Part shown: positions 35,046 to 44,472 of the stretch, in pieces | Numbering within the stretch: the stretch's first letter is position 1 | Layout of the letters: every line of letters begins with the position of its first letter | Assembly: GCA_964512315.1 (NCBI GenBank) | Contig: CAZEIK010000001.1 | Coordinates: 84,408-148,407, forward strand | Length of the DNA stretch: 64,000 nt | Direction of reading: 5' to 3' | Origin: an uncultured Candidatus Saccharibacteria bacterium | GTDB lineage: Bacteria > Patescibacteriota > Minisyncoccia > Phycocordibacterales > UBA5272 | Position numbers and translations under genes: made by a program | The notes under the pieces: model-generated | What the model saw: the letters and a program-made list of their open reading frames with translations, nothing else | Databases searched by the model: none | What the model was told of the DNA's origin: nothing

Positions 35046-35818
35046 ATGAAAAAATTACAAAACATTATAGGTTTGAAGTCAATATTAGCGATAATTTTTA
35101 CAGTTACATTTAGTACAGGTGTAACTCTTGCGAGTGTTAACAACTCTGGAGTGGTTACTGTTGGCGCTCAGACAGGATCGCTTACATCAGGGGTTGCAGG
35201 CAGCGCTACATATTCAGTTTCGACAACAGGTAATGGTGGTGGAGTGGTGACATGGTTCAAAATGGATACTTTTCTCATGAGAGTCCGTCTGGCTTAACGC
35301 CTTGGTTTTGGTTAGACAAGGTTGGTTATGATTACGAGTATGCGGGCGAGAATTTGGCGGTTAATTTTACCAACTCAGAAGATGTGAGTAATGCTTGGAT
35401 GAATTCGCCGCTACATAGGGCTAATATTTTGAGCGAGAATTATAAGGAGATAGGCATGGCTATGCATGATGGTGTATATGAGAACAAAGATACTATTTTC
35501 GTTGTTCAGATGTTCGGTTCTCAAGCAGAAAAAGAAATAGTGTCAGACACAAGTGTGATAACTAGTAACACAGAGACAACTCCATCATCTGTTAAAAAGA
35601 TTATACCCAAAGCTCCACCTGTCAAAATTTTACCGACCAGCTCAGAAGCTGTAGGGACCGTCGCCAGCACATCACCTGAGCAGCCAACTACCACCACCAC
35701 AAACATCAATAATGAAGAAGTGAAAGGTGAAGCGGTTAGCAATATACAAACCACCAAGAAGGTTATTCAACAGCTGCAGAAAGGACATTATTTAATACTT
35801 CAAAGTATGCGTCAGTAA
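35046..35818 (+). pseudogene. Secreted CAP-domain (SCP/PR-1/YkwD-like) protein gene split by a frameshift near 35235-35255
   Basis: ORF 35046-35297 encodes a signal peptide and a Gly/Ser/Thr linker. ORF 35252-35818 (other frame) starts inside the CAP domain ('GYFSHESPSG...YAGENLAV...AWMNSPLHRANIL') and lacks its first helix and signal peptide. The junction lies in a ggtggtggagtggtg run. Confidence 0.4.
35252..35818 (+). CDS. CAP-domain fragment with a Thr/Pro-rich C-terminal tail
   Basis: CAP motifs as above; tail 'TSPEQPTTTTTNINNEE'. Confidence 0.5.
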   Translation: MVQNGYFSHESPSGLTPWFWLDKVGYDYEYAGENLAVNFTNSEDVSNAWMNSPLHRANILSENYKEIGMAMHDGVYENKDTIFVVQMFGSQAEKEIVSDTSVITSNTETTPSSVKKIIPKAPPVKILPTSSEAVGTVASTSPEQPTTTTTNINNEEVKGEAVSNIQTTKKVIQQLQKGHYLILQSMRQ

Positions 35819-35823
35819 CATTA

Positions 35824-35991
35824 ATGATAATATTTATTGTAGTAACAGTGGCGCTACTGGTTATAATATTTATAGAGATAGAGAAACAGCATCCAAGGCA
35901 TATAATTTATGGAGTCGTGACATTAATAGTACTTTTGGTTTGTATATACGTTACAAAGAATGTCTTTCAGTTAGAATTTGTCTTAATTTAA
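35824..35991 (+). CDS. Small 2-TM ORF (55 aa), not in the ORF track
   Basis: MIIFIVVTVALLVIIFIEIEKQHPRHIIYGVVTLIVLLVCIYVTKNVFQLEFVLI. Starts 6 nt after the CAP gene stop and is followed by a terminator. Confidence 0.25.
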   Translation: MIIFIVVTVALLVIIFIEIEKQHPRHIIYGVVTLIVLLVCIYVTKNVFQLEFVLI

Positions 35992-36004
35992 AATAAAAAT
36001 ATTT

Positions 36005-36028
36005 AAAAGGCTCATTAATGAGCCTTTT
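36005..36028. terminator. Bidirectional terminator between convergent genes
   Basis: aaaaGGCTCATTAATGAGCCtttt: a palindromic hairpin with an A-tract and a T-tract. Confidence 0.6.
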
Positions 36029-36064
36029 AAATATTTTTATTTATTAACTTTGTCACTACGTTTC

Positions 36065-36736
36065 TTATTGATTTGTTTTAAAGGTGTTATTTACTCCCCA
36101 CAACTGAATATTACCGTTCAAGTCTGTTGCTATTATTGTGTAATAGTAGTTAGTGTTAGGCGTTAAATTGGTTAAGTTAACCTCGTGATTAGTTGCAGTA
36201 CCGTTAGAACTATTAGTAGATGTTCCTCCTAGAACAGAAAATCCTGAGCCATTTTCATCTTCTTCCTTAAAGGTTAAGGGTGTTGTACTGTATGCTACCC
36301 GCACACTCGATAACTCATTTGTTTTAAGTGTAAATTTAACATTACTTGAGGTTGGGGTTGTTTGTGTTACCTCGCTTATTATTGGAGCATATATATCATC
36401 AGAAGATGTATTAGATCCCCAACCCCCAGCGTTAATTAAGGAGTTAATTTTTGCTAATGTAAGAGGTCCGACACGACCAACTTGTTCAAGGTTGTATGCA
36501 GCTTGGAATTTTAACACGGCCGCTCTGGTTAATGCGCCAAAGTATCCAGTTACTAAACCTTGCGGATATATATTAGGATTAGCTGCAAAGAAGGTCTGAA
36601 GCCTTGTTACATTTGTTCCGGACGATCCTAAGTTTAGCTGAGATGTAATGTTATCGAATGCTGAAGCTGTTGAGGCTGTTGCAATCATTCCAACTATAGC
36701 TGTTGCTCCCATGACTTTTGATATTTTTATTTTCAT
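36065..36736 (-). CDS. Secreted protein with a peptidoglycan-binding (PG_binding_1-like) domain and a C-terminal Fn3-like domain
   Basis: Signal peptide; 'GSSGTNVTRLQTFFAANPNIYPQGLVTGYFGALTRAAVLKFQAAYNL'; C-terminus 'NLTPNTNYYYTIIATDLNGN'. Confidence 0.6.
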   Translation of the reverse strand: MKIKISKVMGATAIVGMIATASTASAFDNITSQLNLGSSGTNVTRLQTFFAANPNIYPQGLVTGYFGALTRAAVLKFQAAYNLEQVGRVGPLTLAKINSLINAGGWGSNTSSDDIYAPIISEVTQTTPTSSNVKFTLKTNELSSVRVAYSTTPLTFKEEDENGSGFSVLGGTSTNSSNGTATNHEVNLTNLTPNTNYYYTIIATDLNGNIQLWGVNNTFKTNQ

Positions 36737-36951
36737 ATTTTTTGGGTACTATAAATACTAGTAACCAGTTAAGCTACTAATATAATAAGTATTTTATTAA
36801 TTACGACTTTATTGAATCTTTTGTAAGTGTCAATTTTAACTCCTACACTAAAAATAACAGATTCGAAATACTTAATGTGACAACTTTTTAATCTTTTCTA
36901 GATAATATTTTGCAATTAGCTTTATTTTGTAATACTGATATACTTTTAACT

Positions 36952-37386
36952 ATGTTAGATATTGTAAATTTAGATGACCTTAAAAAGGTATTCAAAAACC
37001 CAACAGACACCCACAAGTCTAAGCTAAGCAGGGCAGACAAGCTGGCTATGTTTATTACTAATAAGGTTGGCACTATGGGTTTCTTTGGGCTCATATTCAC
37101 TTGGACTTTGATCTGGTTAGGCTGGAATACTTTGGCTCCAATAGAAATGCGCTTTGACCCACACCCAGCTTTTGTTATGTGGTTATTTATATCTAATCTT
37201 ATACAGATATTCTTGATGCCGCTCATTATGATAGGTCAGAACTTGCAAGGAAGATACGCTGAGACCAGAGCTCAGAGTGATTACGAGATTAACTTAAAAG
37301 CAGAACAAGAAATACAATCAATTATGAAGCATCTTGAGAAGCAGGATGAATCTATTAAAAAAATCTTAGACAAATTAGAAAAGTAA
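36952..37386 (+). CDS. DUF1003-family membrane protein
   Basis: 'FGLIFTWTLIWLGWNTLAPIEMRFDPHPAFVMWLFISNLIQIFLMPLIMIGQNLQGRYAETRAQSDYEINLKAEQE' matches the DUF1003 pattern. The ATG at 36952 is preferred over the TTG at 36910. Confidence 0.6.
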   Translation: MLDIVNLDDLKKVFKNPTDTHKSKLSRADKLAMFITNKVGTMGFFGLIFTWTLIWLGWNTLAPIEMRFDPHPAFVMWLFISNLIQIFLMPLIMIGQNLQGRYAETRAQSDYEINLKAEQEIQSIMKHLEKQDESIKKILDKLEK

Positions 37387-37387
37387 A

Positions 37388-38128
37388 ATGGACAAAGAAG
37401 AATCTTTTTGGGTTTATGGTAGTCATGCAGTTCTGGAAGCATTAGAAACATCACCTCTTAAAATAGAGAAGTTATTAGTCAAAGATAGATATTCTGGAGA
37501 GAGTATAGATAAAATTAAATTCTTAACTTCAAAACACAAAATACCACTACAATTTGTACCGGTAACAAAGATTGATCAGCTTGTTGGTGACGTGGTTCAT
37601 CAGGGTATTATTGCTCTCATGCGTAGTTTCGAGTATCAGGATTTGGATAAAATTCTTAAAGACGCGCCTAATAACTCTCTATTTATCTTGATGGATGAAA
37701 TAGAAGACCCTCATAATGTTGGTGCCATAATACGCTCAGCTGTTGCAGTAGGAGCGCGAGCTGTTATAGTGCCAAAGCATCGCAACGCTCCTATTAATGG
37801 GACAGTGTATAAGACCTCGGCTGGTCTCGTAGATAAGATAGATATTTGTAGAGTAAGCAATATCGGTCTCGCTATAGAGAAGTTAAAGAAAAGTCATATT
37901 TGGGTTGGTGGCCTTGCGGGCGAGTCAGAGAAGACTATATGGGACCAAGACATGACAGGAGGCTTTGCAATAGTCGTTGGTAATGAAGGTGCTGGTTTGC
38001 ATGAAAAAGTGCGTGAGAATTGCGATTTTCTGCTCAAGATACCAATGAATAGGGAAGCTGAGTCTCTTAACGCCTCGGTATCAGCAGCATTAGCTATGTT
38101 CGAGTGGAAAAGACAAAATAGGGGTTAA
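37388..38128 (+). CDS. rlmB: 23S rRNA (guanosine-2'-O)-methyltransferase RlmB (SpoU/TrmH family)
   Basis: 'EDPHNVGAIIRSA', 'IVVGNEGAGL', 'IPMNREAESLNASVSAAL'. Confidence 0.8.
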   Translation: MDKEESFWVYGSHAVLEALETSPLKIEKLLVKDRYSGESIDKIKFLTSKHKIPLQFVPVTKIDQLVGDVVHQGIIALMRSFEYQDLDKILKDAPNNSLFILMDEIEDPHNVGAIIRSAVAVGARAVIVPKHRNAPINGTVYKTSAGLVDKIDICRVSNIGLAIEKLKKSHIWVGGLAGESEKTIWDQDMTGGFAIVVGNEGAGLHEKVRENCDFLLKIPMNREAESLNASVSAALAMFEWKRQNRG

Positions 38129-38172
38129 CTTTGAGAAATATAATTTGTATTTTCTTGGTATAATAATATTGT

Positions 38173-38529
38173 ATGAACATTATTATTAAAGGTCACAATT
38201 TTGAAGTAACTGATGCGATCAGGAATTACGCTGATCAAAAATTATCAAGTTTATTTAACAACTTATCACTTAGTGGTATAGATAACGTTGATGTTGAGCT
38301 CTCGGCCATTACAAGACATCATAAACATGGTGAGATTTACAAAGCTTCTGCAACCGTTCCGCTTGGGTCTCGTAAAATACACGTTGAGTCGACCACTGAC
38401 GACATGTATAAGTCTATAGATAAGCTAAAAGATGAATTGGCAGAAGAAATAGCCGATTCTAGCGACAGAAAGAGGAGCCTAATGAGACGTGTAGCTAGAA
38501 AGTTTAAAAAATTAATTAAAAGAAACTAA
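38173..38529 (+). CDS. hpf: Ribosome hibernation promoting factor / RaiA (short form)
   Basis: 'MNIIIKGHNFEVTDAIRNYADQKLSSL' with the typical HPF fold pattern. Confidence 0.8.
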   Translation: MNIIIKGHNFEVTDAIRNYADQKLSSLFNNLSLSGIDNVDVELSAITRHHKHGEIYKASATVPLGSRKIHVESTTDDMYKSIDKLKDELAEEIADSSDRKRSLMRRVARKFKKLIKRN

Positions 38530-38530
38530 T

Positions 38531-39103
38531 ATGAAAAATAAAGGGTATTTATATACAACAATAGCAGCTTTATTAGTGTTAGCGGGACTTGCTATATTTT
38601 TTATGAAAGGTGATAATGCTAAGACTATGAATAATGTAACACTTAAAACAAACATGGGAGACATCACAATTGAATTGTCTTCTGATAAGCCGTTAACAAC
38701 TCAGAACTTCTTAAAGCTAGCTCAGTCTAATTTTTATAATGGAGTTAAATTCCACCGCGTGATACAAGGCTTCATGATACAAGCGGGTGATCCATTATCT
38801 AAGGATGACACTAAGAAAATGTATTGGGGAACAGGTGGTCCAGGGTATAAGTTCAACGATGAGTTAACTGGTAAGGAGACTTATTTGCGTGGTACTGTGG
38901 CTATGGCTAACGCGGGGCCTAATACTAATGGTTCACAGTTCTTCATCGTTACTGCTGAGGACTCACAACTACCTCCACAATATACAGTGTTCGGCCGTGT
39001 CACAGCTGGTATCGATGTCGCTCTTGCTATTGAAAAGGTAAAAACAGAACAGAATGACAGACCTGTGCAAGATGTAGTAATTAATAGCGTAGAAGTCAAA
39101 TAG
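38531..39103 (+). CDS. Cyclophilin-type peptidyl-prolyl cis-trans isomerase
   Basis: 'FHRVIQGFMIQAGDP', 'GTVAMANAGPNTNGSQFFI'. Confidence 0.85.
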   Translation: MKNKGYLYTTIAALLVLAGLAIFFMKGDNAKTMNNVTLKTNMGDITIELSSDKPLTTQNFLKLAQSNFYNGVKFHRVIQGFMIQAGDPLSKDDTKKMYWGTGGPGYKFNDELTGKETYLRGTVAMANAGPNTNGSQFFIVTAEDSQLPPQYTVFGRVTAGIDVALAIEKVKTEQNDRPVQDVVINSVEVK

Positions 39104-39959
39104 TATAACCGTGTTTAAAATCAGCCCAGCTGATTTCTGATTTGCCTTCTGGTGTAACACTCTCGATACAATTATCGAGAGTGTTTTCATTTAGATTAAG
39201 CCTGTTGATCTTAACTCTAATATTTTTGTCAGAGTGCTGATGGAAAAAGAATATTCCAGGCCACGGTGTAAATGCGCGGTATTTATTTTTAATACTATTT
39301 ATATCATCGGTTAATTTTATTTCTCCTTCACTTTTTTCTATAAATTTACAAAATGTAGCAGACGAGTGGTCTTGCTCTTTTGGTATAAGGTTACCATTAA
39401 CATAATGCTCTATTATTTCAATTAGCATTTGTCCTCCCATTTGCCCAGCTTTTATCTCTAATGTTCCAGCAGTGTCGAGGCTAGTTACTGGTATTATATT
39501 TTGCGCTAATATTGGTCCGTGGTCCATTTCTTTGTCTAGCTTCATTATACTCATGCCTATCTGTTCAGCGCCGTCACGGAGCTGTGATTCTATTGGAGAC
39601 GGTCCACGATAGAGAGGCAGCAGTGATGGGTGTAGATTCAGGAATCCGTATTTAGGTTTATTCAAAATATTTTCAGGTATTATCTTGCCATAACTCGCTA
39701 CTATAGCCAGGTCATAGTCTTGTAGCAGTGGTGATTTGTCAGTCTCATCTTTTAATTTCTCGGGCTGGTATACTGATATATTTTTTAGCTGACACCATGT
39801 CTTGATTGAAGGTGGGGTTAATGTCTGATGTCTGCCAACGAGTGAGTCAGGCTTGGTAACTACTAATTCTGGTGCGTAACCATTGTTGTAAAGAGAAAAG
39901 AGAACGCTTTCAGCTAATGGGCCTGTACCAAAGAAAATTATTTTTAAATTATTTTTCAT
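39096..39959 (-). CDS. fmt: Methionyl-tRNA formyltransferase
   Basis: 'IIFFGTGPLAESVL', 'GFLNLHPSLLPLYRGPSPIES'. Confidence 0.85.
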   Translation of the reverse strand: MKNNLKIIFFGTGPLAESVLFSLYNNGYAPELVVTKPDSLVGRHQTLTPPSIKTWCQLKNISVYQPEKLKDETDKSPLLQDYDLAIVASYGKIIPENILNKPKYGFLNLHPSLLPLYRGPSPIESQLRDGAEQIGMSIMKLDKEMDHGPILAQNIIPVTSLDTAGTLEIKAGQMGGQMLIEIIEHYVNGNLIPKEQDHSSATFCKFIEKSEGEIKLTDDINSIKNKYRAFTPWPGIFFFHQHSDKNIRVKINRLNLNENTLDNCIESVTPEGKSEISWADFKHGYTI

Positions 39960-40482
39960 CTTGCTTGTCGTTATTTATGGCGTAAGGGTCATATTCTGAA
40001 AATTCAAATCCGTGATCAGTGAAGAGTATGCCTTCTAGATGATCTGTTTCGTGTTGAATTATGTGTGCTATTAGACCAGTGGCACCAAAAGTAAACGGGT
40101 GACCATCTTCGGTGTAAGCTTTTACAGTTACTGTAGTTGCTCGCCAAGTTTTGCCCCATATACCACGCACAGACAGACATCCTTCCTCTTTTATTTCTTG
40201 CTTCTTGCTGGATTTTGTAATTTCTGGATTGATAAAAACAAGCGGCTTGAACTTCGCATCGTCAGCATAAGCTCTCTCGTCTATTACGAATATCGCTTTG
40301 TTTACTCCTATTTGAGGAGCAGCAAGAGCTACTCCGTCAGGCTCTTGATGCGCTGCGGATTGCATTTTTTGTATCAGGCTCTTTAACTCTTCGGTACCAA
40401 ATTCTGATTTTTTGACTGGTACGCAGTTACCCCTTAGCACAGAGTCCTCTTTTTCATTTTTGTTTTGCAGTATATGTATCAT
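39949..40482 (-). CDS. def: Peptide deformylase
   Basis: 'GVALAAPQIG', 'EGCLSV', 'HETDHLEG'. Confidence 0.85.
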   Translation of the reverse strand: MIHILQNKNEKEDSVLRGNCVPVKKSEFGTEELKSLIQKMQSAAHQEPDGVALAAPQIGVNKAIFVIDERAYADDAKFKPLVFINPEITKSSKKQEIKEEGCLSVRGIWGKTWRATTVTVKAYTEDGHPFTFGATGLIAHIIQHETDHLEGILFTDHGFEFSEYDPYAINNDKQDEK

Positions 40483-40511
40483 TTTTTATTTAGCTTTATA
40501 CTAACACATTT

Positions 40512-42338
40512 CTACAAACCTTTTAATATAGACCTACCATTAACTTCTAGGTTATAAGTAATTAGTAAATTTACAATATTTAGTCGAAGAGAAGGATCTT
40601 CTTGCCAAGTTTTCCTAGGTATAAAAAATATATGTCTTGTAAAGTTTCTAGATTTGATATTGTAGTACTCAGATGTGTGGTCGTGTATAAATTCTGGAGG
40701 ATTAATGTTGTCTGGCAAGTCAAATGAGATCACATAAGAAAATGGTGGTAGTTTGGTTTCATTTCTGTTGTCGAGTTCTGACTCATAATACTTCTTAAGT
40801 GATGCTGATTGTGCAAAGTCCCATATGTGGCTCTTTCTTCTTGATTGTATTACTATGCGCCCATTTTGTGAGAGTGAATTAGCAAGTAGTAATGTTGTAC
40901 CAAGAGCCTCCTCGTCGGTGTTGTATTCTGGTAGTGAGAAATATGTATCTATTGATATGAGGCCAATTAGGTCTATATCTCTGATTATCGGTAGCATCAT
41001 TTCTGTTCCAACTAGAACACCACCAGACTCGGAAAACTTTTCATATAGCTTCAAAGCTTCTCGCTTACTCTTAACGTGGTCACCATCCATTATGTATATA
41101 TTTGTATCTGGATAAAGTGTGGCAAGGTCTAGCACTAAACCTTCTGTTCCGACGCCAAGAGTGTTAATTCTCATACCACCACACACTTTACAAACTATTT
41201 CTCTATCTAGCTTGATTTTTGTTTTGCATTCTAGGCAGCGATAGTATCTGGTATTATCGCTAGTGAATAAGCATAAGTCTTTGTCACAAGTCTCGCATTT
41301 AACAGATTCACCACAATCAGCACAAACACTAGAGCTAGATATTCCTTTTCTTTGAGAATATAATACGATCTTTTTACTTTCTTTTATACATTCATCCATC
41401 ATCAGCTTAAGCTCATAAGAAAAATACATTGAGTAAGGTCTGTGTTCGCGGTCATTCATTTTTGAGAATAGTATTTTTTCTTTTGCATAGTTCTGTACCA
41501 AGAGAGGGCTGCGCATTTCAGTTAATGATAAGTAGTAGTGTTCCAGGCTTGGAGTTCTAGAAGTTAGAATAGTCTCAATGCCTAGGGACTTGGCAAGAAA
41601 ATAAAAAATATTCCTTGCGTTAACTCTTTCTAGTACGTGATCATAGTATTTGGATTCCTCTTCATGAATTATAATAGTGTAAGGGTTGTGGCAGAATAGT
41701 CCGACTATGTTAGGGGTTGATATAAGGCAGACCTTTTTATTAGAAAATATTTGTTTAAATGTTCTATCTTTTTCTTTTTTACTTATATCACTGTGATACA
41801 CAATTGTGCTATCTTCTATGCCAGACTCAAGGCTACTCTTCAAGTTCTCAGCAGAGACAATAGTGGGGCAGATTATAATAACACTTTCATCACGTGCGAA
41901 TTTTTCTCTTATTATTTGTTTTATGTTGCCGATAGAGTCATAACGAGTTAACTCTATGCCATGCAACTTGTATTTAGATTGATCAATTTTAAAATTTAAC
42001 TTTTCATTTTTTAAAAAGTCTATTGGTAAGTAAAGTGAAAGAAATGTAGATAGATTTGTTCCTGCGAATGATGCTGCATCTCGCATAGCAAGTACAATTT
42101 GCTCGTCTATAAAGTTAGGAATTGTTACGGAGTTTACTTTCTTAAGAGAGAATTCGACGTTGCGTATTTCCTGCTTTCTGTCTGCTGCGTCTTCCAAAAG
42201 TGACACCACTCCGAAGACTTTTCTTTTGTTTATTTCTACAGTTACAAGGTCGCCTAGGTTAAGTGGCAAATTGCTAAAATAAGTAAGCCTAGCAAGGGTT
42301 TTTACTGTTGTTAGGGGTACTACTTCGACCAATTTCAT
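40512..42338 (-). CDS. priA: Primosomal protein N' (PriA) homolog with ablated Walker A and DEEH motifs
   Basis: N-terminal 3'-BD; Zn-binding 'CADCGESVKCETCDKDLC...CLECKTKI...CKVCGG'. At the aligned positions GxTGSGKT is 'LHGIELTRYD' and DEEH is 'HEEE'. Confidence 0.8.
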   Translation of the reverse strand: MKLVEVVPLTTVKTLARLTYFSNLPLNLGDLVTVEINKRKVFGVVSLLEDAADRKQEIRNVEFSLKKVNSVTIPNFIDEQIVLAMRDAASFAGTNLSTFLSLYLPIDFLKNEKLNFKIDQSKYKLHGIELTRYDSIGNIKQIIREKFARDESVIIICPTIVSAENLKSSLESGIEDSTIVYHSDISKKEKDRTFKQIFSNKKVCLISTPNIVGLFCHNPYTIIIHEEESKYYDHVLERVNARNIFYFLAKSLGIETILTSRTPSLEHYYLSLTEMRSPLLVQNYAKEKILFSKMNDREHRPYSMYFSYELKLMMDECIKESKKIVLYSQRKGISSSSVCADCGESVKCETCDKDLCLFTSDNTRYYRCLECKTKIKLDREIVCKVCGGMRINTLGVGTEGLVLDLATLYPDTNIYIMDGDHVKSKREALKLYEKFSESGGVLVGTEMMLPIIRDIDLIGLISIDTYFSLPEYNTDEEALGTTLLLANSLSQNGRIVIQSRRKSHIWDFAQSASLKKYYESELDNRNETKLPPFSYVISFDLPDNINPPEFIHDHTSEYYNIKSRNFTRHIFFIPRKTWQEDPSLRLNIVNLLITYNLEVNGRSILKGL

Positions 42339-42371
42339 GTTAGTTAGTTTAGCATAAGAAATTATGATAAA

Positions 42372-43397
42372 ATGTATTTAAATATGTCACTTATTTCTCC
42401 ACAATTAGGAATAGATTTGGGAACTGCTAATATATTAGTTTTTGTTCCTGGTAAGGGGATTGTTCTTAATGAGCCGTCAGTGGTGGCTATTCGTGAGGAC
42501 GACAAGAAGGTTTTAGCTGTAGGCATTGAGGCCAAAGAAATGATAGGTAAGACACCGGACAACATAGTTGCTTACAGACCACTTAAAGATGGAGTTATTG
42601 CCGACTATCGCGTAACCGAAGTAATGTTGAAGTATTTTATAAATAAAGCATTACCAAAGCTTAGTATATTTAAGCCAGAGGTTATGGTTAGTGTTCCGGC
42701 GGGTGTGTCTTCAACTGAGCGTCGTGCTGTTATTGAGGCATCACTGCGCGCTGGTGCTCGTAATGCTTATGTTGTGCGCGAGCCGATACTAGCAGCCATT
42801 GGAGCCGGTATTCCTATTCATGCTGCAAATGGTCAGATGATAGTAGACATTGGTGGAGGTACTACTGACGTAGCGGTTATCTCTCTTGGAGGTATAGTGT
42901 GCTCTACAAGTGTGAAGTGCGCAGGCAATAAGTTAGATCAGGCCATAGTTGACTATATGAGGAAAACCTTCAACCTAGCCATAGGCGAGCAGATGGCTGA
43001 GCAAATTAAAATTCAAGTTGGTTCTGCTCTACCAATAGAGGAAGAATTAACAATGAAAGTTAAAGGTCGCGACTATGTTACAGGACTGCCTCGCACTATA
43101 GACCTGGGTACCAATGAAATAGTAAAGGCATTGGACAAGGAGTTGCGTCAGATAATCAAAGCTATAAAAGATGTACTCCAAGAGACTCCGCCTGAGCTTG
43201 CTAGTGACATCATAGATAACGGCATCATAATGAGTGGTGGCACTTCGCAATTGCGTCATCTTCCTGACTTGGTTGAGCGTCGCACAGGAGTGAAGGCTGT
43301 TCTTGCTGACGATGCGTTATACTGTGTAGTAAAGGGTACAGGAGAAGCCCTAAAACATCTAGATGTCTACAAAAAAGTTATCACAACAAAAAAGTAA
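42372..43397 (+). CDS. mreB: Rod-shape-determining actin homolog MreB (copy 1)
   Basis: 'GIDLGTANILV', 'DIGGGTTDVAVIS', 'MSGGTSQL'. An alternative ATG lies at 42384. Confidence 0.9.
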   Translation: MYLNMSLISPQLGIDLGTANILVFVPGKGIVLNEPSVVAIREDDKKVLAVGIEAKEMIGKTPDNIVAYRPLKDGVIADYRVTEVMLKYFINKALPKLSIFKPEVMVSVPAGVSSTERRAVIEASLRAGARNAYVVREPILAAIGAGIPIHAANGQMIVDIGGGTTDVAVISLGGIVCSTSVKCAGNKLDQAIVDYMRKTFNLAIGEQMAEQIKIQVGSALPIEEELTMKVKGRDYVTGLPRTIDLGTNEIVKALDKELRQIIKAIKDVLQETPPELASDIIDNGIIMSGGTSQLRHLPDLVERRTGVKAVLADDALYCVVKGTGEALKHLDVYKKVITTKK

Positions 43398-43896
43398 TCC
43401 ATTAGAAAAGATAGCTTTTCATGCTGTTTGTTTCGAAGGTGTGCAAGTTTTTGAGGATTTAAAGGAGTCGTTAGAAGCAATACCAAATAAAATTATTCTA
43501 GAAGCGAATGAAGATCACAAAAACTTTCTTAAGTCAGATGTTGTCACTTTGCAGCAATTTCAAAAAACCAAAACTGAGCACAAGAGATACTTTTTATCCA
43601 ATTTAAACCTACGCAATACCGTTATTCAGAATATGCTTCTAAAGGTTGTCGAGGAGCCGAGTGATAATACGGTTATAATTTTTGTTGTTCCTGATGTCTC
43701 TGTGCTCCTCGATACATTAGTGTCCAGACTTCAAATAATACAGACTGAGGATGGTGATAATGAGTTTGAAGTAAAGTTAAATGCTGCCATTAAGAATGTT
43801 AACACAAAAGAGATAGAGAGGCTTTTATATATTAAAAAAATCAAAGACAGTGGTGCTGGCAGTCAGAAACAAATAGCTGACTACTTGGCCGCTTAA
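43363..43896 (+). CDS. Truncated DNA polymerase III delta'-like (HolB-like) clamp-loader subunit lacking an ATP-binding site
   Basis: 'NMLLKVVEEPSDNTVIIFVVPDVSVLLDTLVSRLQII' matches the clamp-loader sensor region (NALLKtLEEP...TI.SR). No Walker A. 177 aa. Confidence 0.4.
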   Translation: MSTKKLSQQKSNPLEKIAFHAVCFEGVQVFEDLKESLEAIPNKIILEANEDHKNFLKSDVVTLQQFQKTKTEHKRYFLSNLNLRNTVIQNMLLKVVEEPSDNTVIIFVVPDVSVLLDTLVSRLQIIQTEDGDNEFEVKLNAAIKNVNTKEIERLLYIKKIKDSGAGSQKQIADYLAA

Positions 43897-43912
43897 TGCT
43901 ATAATCCACCTT

Positions 43913-44461
43913 ATGTTTGACTTTAAGGATTTCGATCAAAAGATTATTGATATTAAGGATTGGCTAGCTTCTGAGTTTAGATCTATTCAGACTGGCCAAG
44001 CCACACCGGTTGTTCTTGATAATGTTTATGTTTTGGCTTATGGCTCTAGTATGCAACTAGCGCATCTTGCAAGTATTACTATTGAGGATGCTAAAACTTT
44101 ACGTGTAATACCTTATGACAAGTCACAAGTCAAAGACATAGAGCAGGCTATTAATGAGGCAGACTTAGGACTTTCAGTTGTATCTGACTCGGACGGGTTG
44201 CGTGTTATATTCCCAATGCTTACTACTGAGCGTCGTCAGCAATATGTAAAAATTATAAAAGATAAAATGGAGGAAGCTAGAGTTAGATTGAAGTCAGCAA
44301 GAGAAGACGTTAAAAAGAAAATTGAGCAAGGTGGCAAAGATGGAGAATATGGCAAGGATGACGAGAAGAGAATGTTAGAGAATATGCAAAGTAAGGTAGA
44401 TGGTGCCAATGGGGACTTTGAGTCTTTGTTTAATGCAAAAGAAAAAGATATACTTGGTTAA
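43913..44461 (+). CDS. frr: Ribosome recycling factor
   Basis: Typical RRF: 'FRSIQTGQATPVVLDNV...LRVIFPMLTTERRQQYVK'. Confidence 0.9.
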   Translation: MFDFKDFDQKIIDIKDWLASEFRSIQTGQATPVVLDNVYVLAYGSSMQLAHLASITIEDAKTLRVIPYDKSQVKDIEQAINEADLGLSVVSDSDGLRVIFPMLTTERRQQYVKIIKDKMEEARVRLKSAREDVKKKIEQGGKDGEYGKDDEKRMLENMQSKVDGANGDFESLFNAKEKDILG

Positions 44462-44472
44462 TAACAATTAGC

